Assembly: GCA_963734895.1 (NCBI GenBank)
Contig: CAVTIN010000003.1
Coordinates: 67,718-131,717, forward strand
Direction of reading: 5' to 3'
DNA from: an uncultured Chloroflexia bacterium
GTDB taxonomy: Bacteria > Chloroflexota > Limnocylindria > Limnocylindrales > CSP1-4
DNA: 64,000 nt
The notes below the pieces were generated by a model. That model saw only the letters and a program-made list of their open reading frames with translations. It had not been told where the DNA came from and ran no database searches. Positions 63,310-64,000 of the stretch are shown piece by piece. The translations under genes were made by a program, and so were the position numbers. The number at the start of each line of letters is the position of its first letter. Position 1 is the stretch's first letter.

Positions 63310-63495
63310 GGGCCTGCAGACGCATGCCGCCGGAACCGGGTCATCGCACCCCGACCGCCTTGACGCACGGTGTGCCATCGGACCAAACCTGCCGTGACGC
63401 GCCGGACGCATCAAGAGCAAGGCCAGCCTGGCGGCTGCCGAGCCTGAACGCGCCAATTCGAGCCGAACCCCGTGCTTAGACGCCGAGTTGATGCG

Positions 63496-63552
63496 CCCGG
63501 TGAGTCGGCCCGGCCGGTGCTCCGCCCCCGGTGAGTCGGCCCGGCCGGTGCT
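63496..63552. repeat. 26-nt direct repeat x2 (period 31) in the convergent intergenic region
   Basis: CCCGGTGAGTCGGCCCGGCCGGTGCT occurs at 63496-63521 and 63527-63552. A degenerate third start overlaps the VOC gene stop. Confidence 0.7.
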
Positions 63553-63561
63553 GTGCCCCGG

Positions 63562-63921
63562 TCAGGCGTCGCCCGACACGCAGAACTCGTTGCCCTCGGG
63601 ATCGGCCATGACGGTCCACCGGAACGTGCCCAGGGAACCCGTCCCGACGACGCGCGCCCCGAGGTCGACGAGCCGGGCCACCTCGTCGTCCATGACCTCG
63701 GCGCGGAAGTCGAGGTGAACCCGGTTCTTGACGATCTTCGACTCCGGCACCTTCTGGAACAGGATCGGCGGTCGGCCGGGCTCGGCTGGCGACGGTGGCG
63801 CCAGCGCGACGTACTGGTCGTTGACCGCGCGCCGCTCGTAGCCGAGCGCGGCAGCCCAGAAGTCGACGACCGCGCCGTGGTCGGCGCAGTCCATGACGAC
63901 CTCGGTCACGCGCAGCGACAT
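63562..63921 (-). CDS. VOC/glyoxalase-family protein
   Basis: VMDCADHGAVVDFWAAALGY..NRVHLDF..DLGA..MADPEGNEFCV is the glyoxalase/bleomycin-resistance fold pattern. Confidence 0.8.
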   Translation of the reverse strand: MSLRVTEVVMDCADHGAVVDFWAAALGYERRAVNDQYVALAPPSPAEPGRPPILFQKVPESKIVKNRVHLDFRAEVMDDEVARLVDLGARVVGTGSLGTFRWTVMADPEGNEFCVSGDA

Positions 63922-64000
63922 GGGTGCTCCTTCCGGGACACGGCTGCCGGTAGGACCGCTAGCGCGCGATCTCCCCGGGCGCGAGCTTGTCAGGCGCCTC

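Noticed and set aside
15490-63456. Very long antisense ORFs: 15490-17760 (756 aa), 22378-24720 (780 aa), 25014-27815 (933 aa), 40480-42081, 57447-59381 and 61177-63456 (759 aa).
   Set aside because: Each lies opposite a gene with unmistakable family motifs (OYE oxidoreductase, UPF0182, guaA, tldD, PP2C, CrtI-like/GT-C). Each has R/G/P/D-rich composition, typical of stop-poor antisense frames in GC-rich DNA.
63959-64000. A possible 3' end of a minus-strand gene (..APGEIAR, stop at 63961-63959) at the window edge.
   Set aside because: Only about 13 codons are visible and nothing is recognisable, so it is not reported as a feature.

Overview
This is a very GC-rich (about 70% by eye), Actinobacteria-like chromosomal segment, densely coded on both strands. 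I recognised no rRNA, tRNA, CRISPR array, transposase or integrase.

**Layout**
- **0.8-13.4 kb, cell-envelope locus.** It holds a DUF3048 protein, a GT4 and a Ppm1-like GT2 glycosyltransferase, two large secreted enzymes that each end in three CWB2 wall-binding repeats, and rmlA-like/rmlB/rmlD (rmlD is frameshifted).
- **13.5-35.4 kb, mostly housekeeping.** Genes include mreC, mreB, an OYE/FadH-like oxidoreductase, radC, a CPBP protease, UPF0182, guaA, a guaB3-like gene, ppk2, NUDIX, DinB, proline dehydrogenase, a DarA/YaaQ-type c-di-AMP receptor, a GAF-GGDEF cyclase and tmk.
- **35.8-40.4 kb, hydrogenase operon.** A Tat-exported group-1-type [NiFe] hydrogenase operon: small subunit, large subunit, cytochrome b, hypA-like gene and maturation protease. 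tldD/pmbA follow.
- **43.8-60 kb, accessory-looking island.** See below.

**Most interesting signals**
- The island carries six full-length paralogous ~400-aa, ~10-TM membrane proteins plus one C-terminal remnant. They have diverged N-terminal halves and a strongly conserved C-terminal module. I could not name the family and saw no output domain.
- Interleaved with the paralogs are a multiply frameshifted AfsR/SARP-type regulator, two small secreted proteins and a fused PP2C-RsbW partner-switching module with two STAS proteins.
- A recurring upstream element of GTAACG-type heptamers at 11-nt spacing precedes several of these units.
- An 887-bp nucleotide-perfect CWB2 cassette is shared by the two wall-anchored enzymes.
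- Eight single-nucleotide indels sit at G/C runs, and seven of them fall in the island.
- A densely structured 460-bp convergent intergenic region lies at 28.4-28.8 kb.

**Limits**
All family calls come from motif recognition by eye. No searches were run. Many start codons are uncertain because ORFs in this GC range run open upstream.
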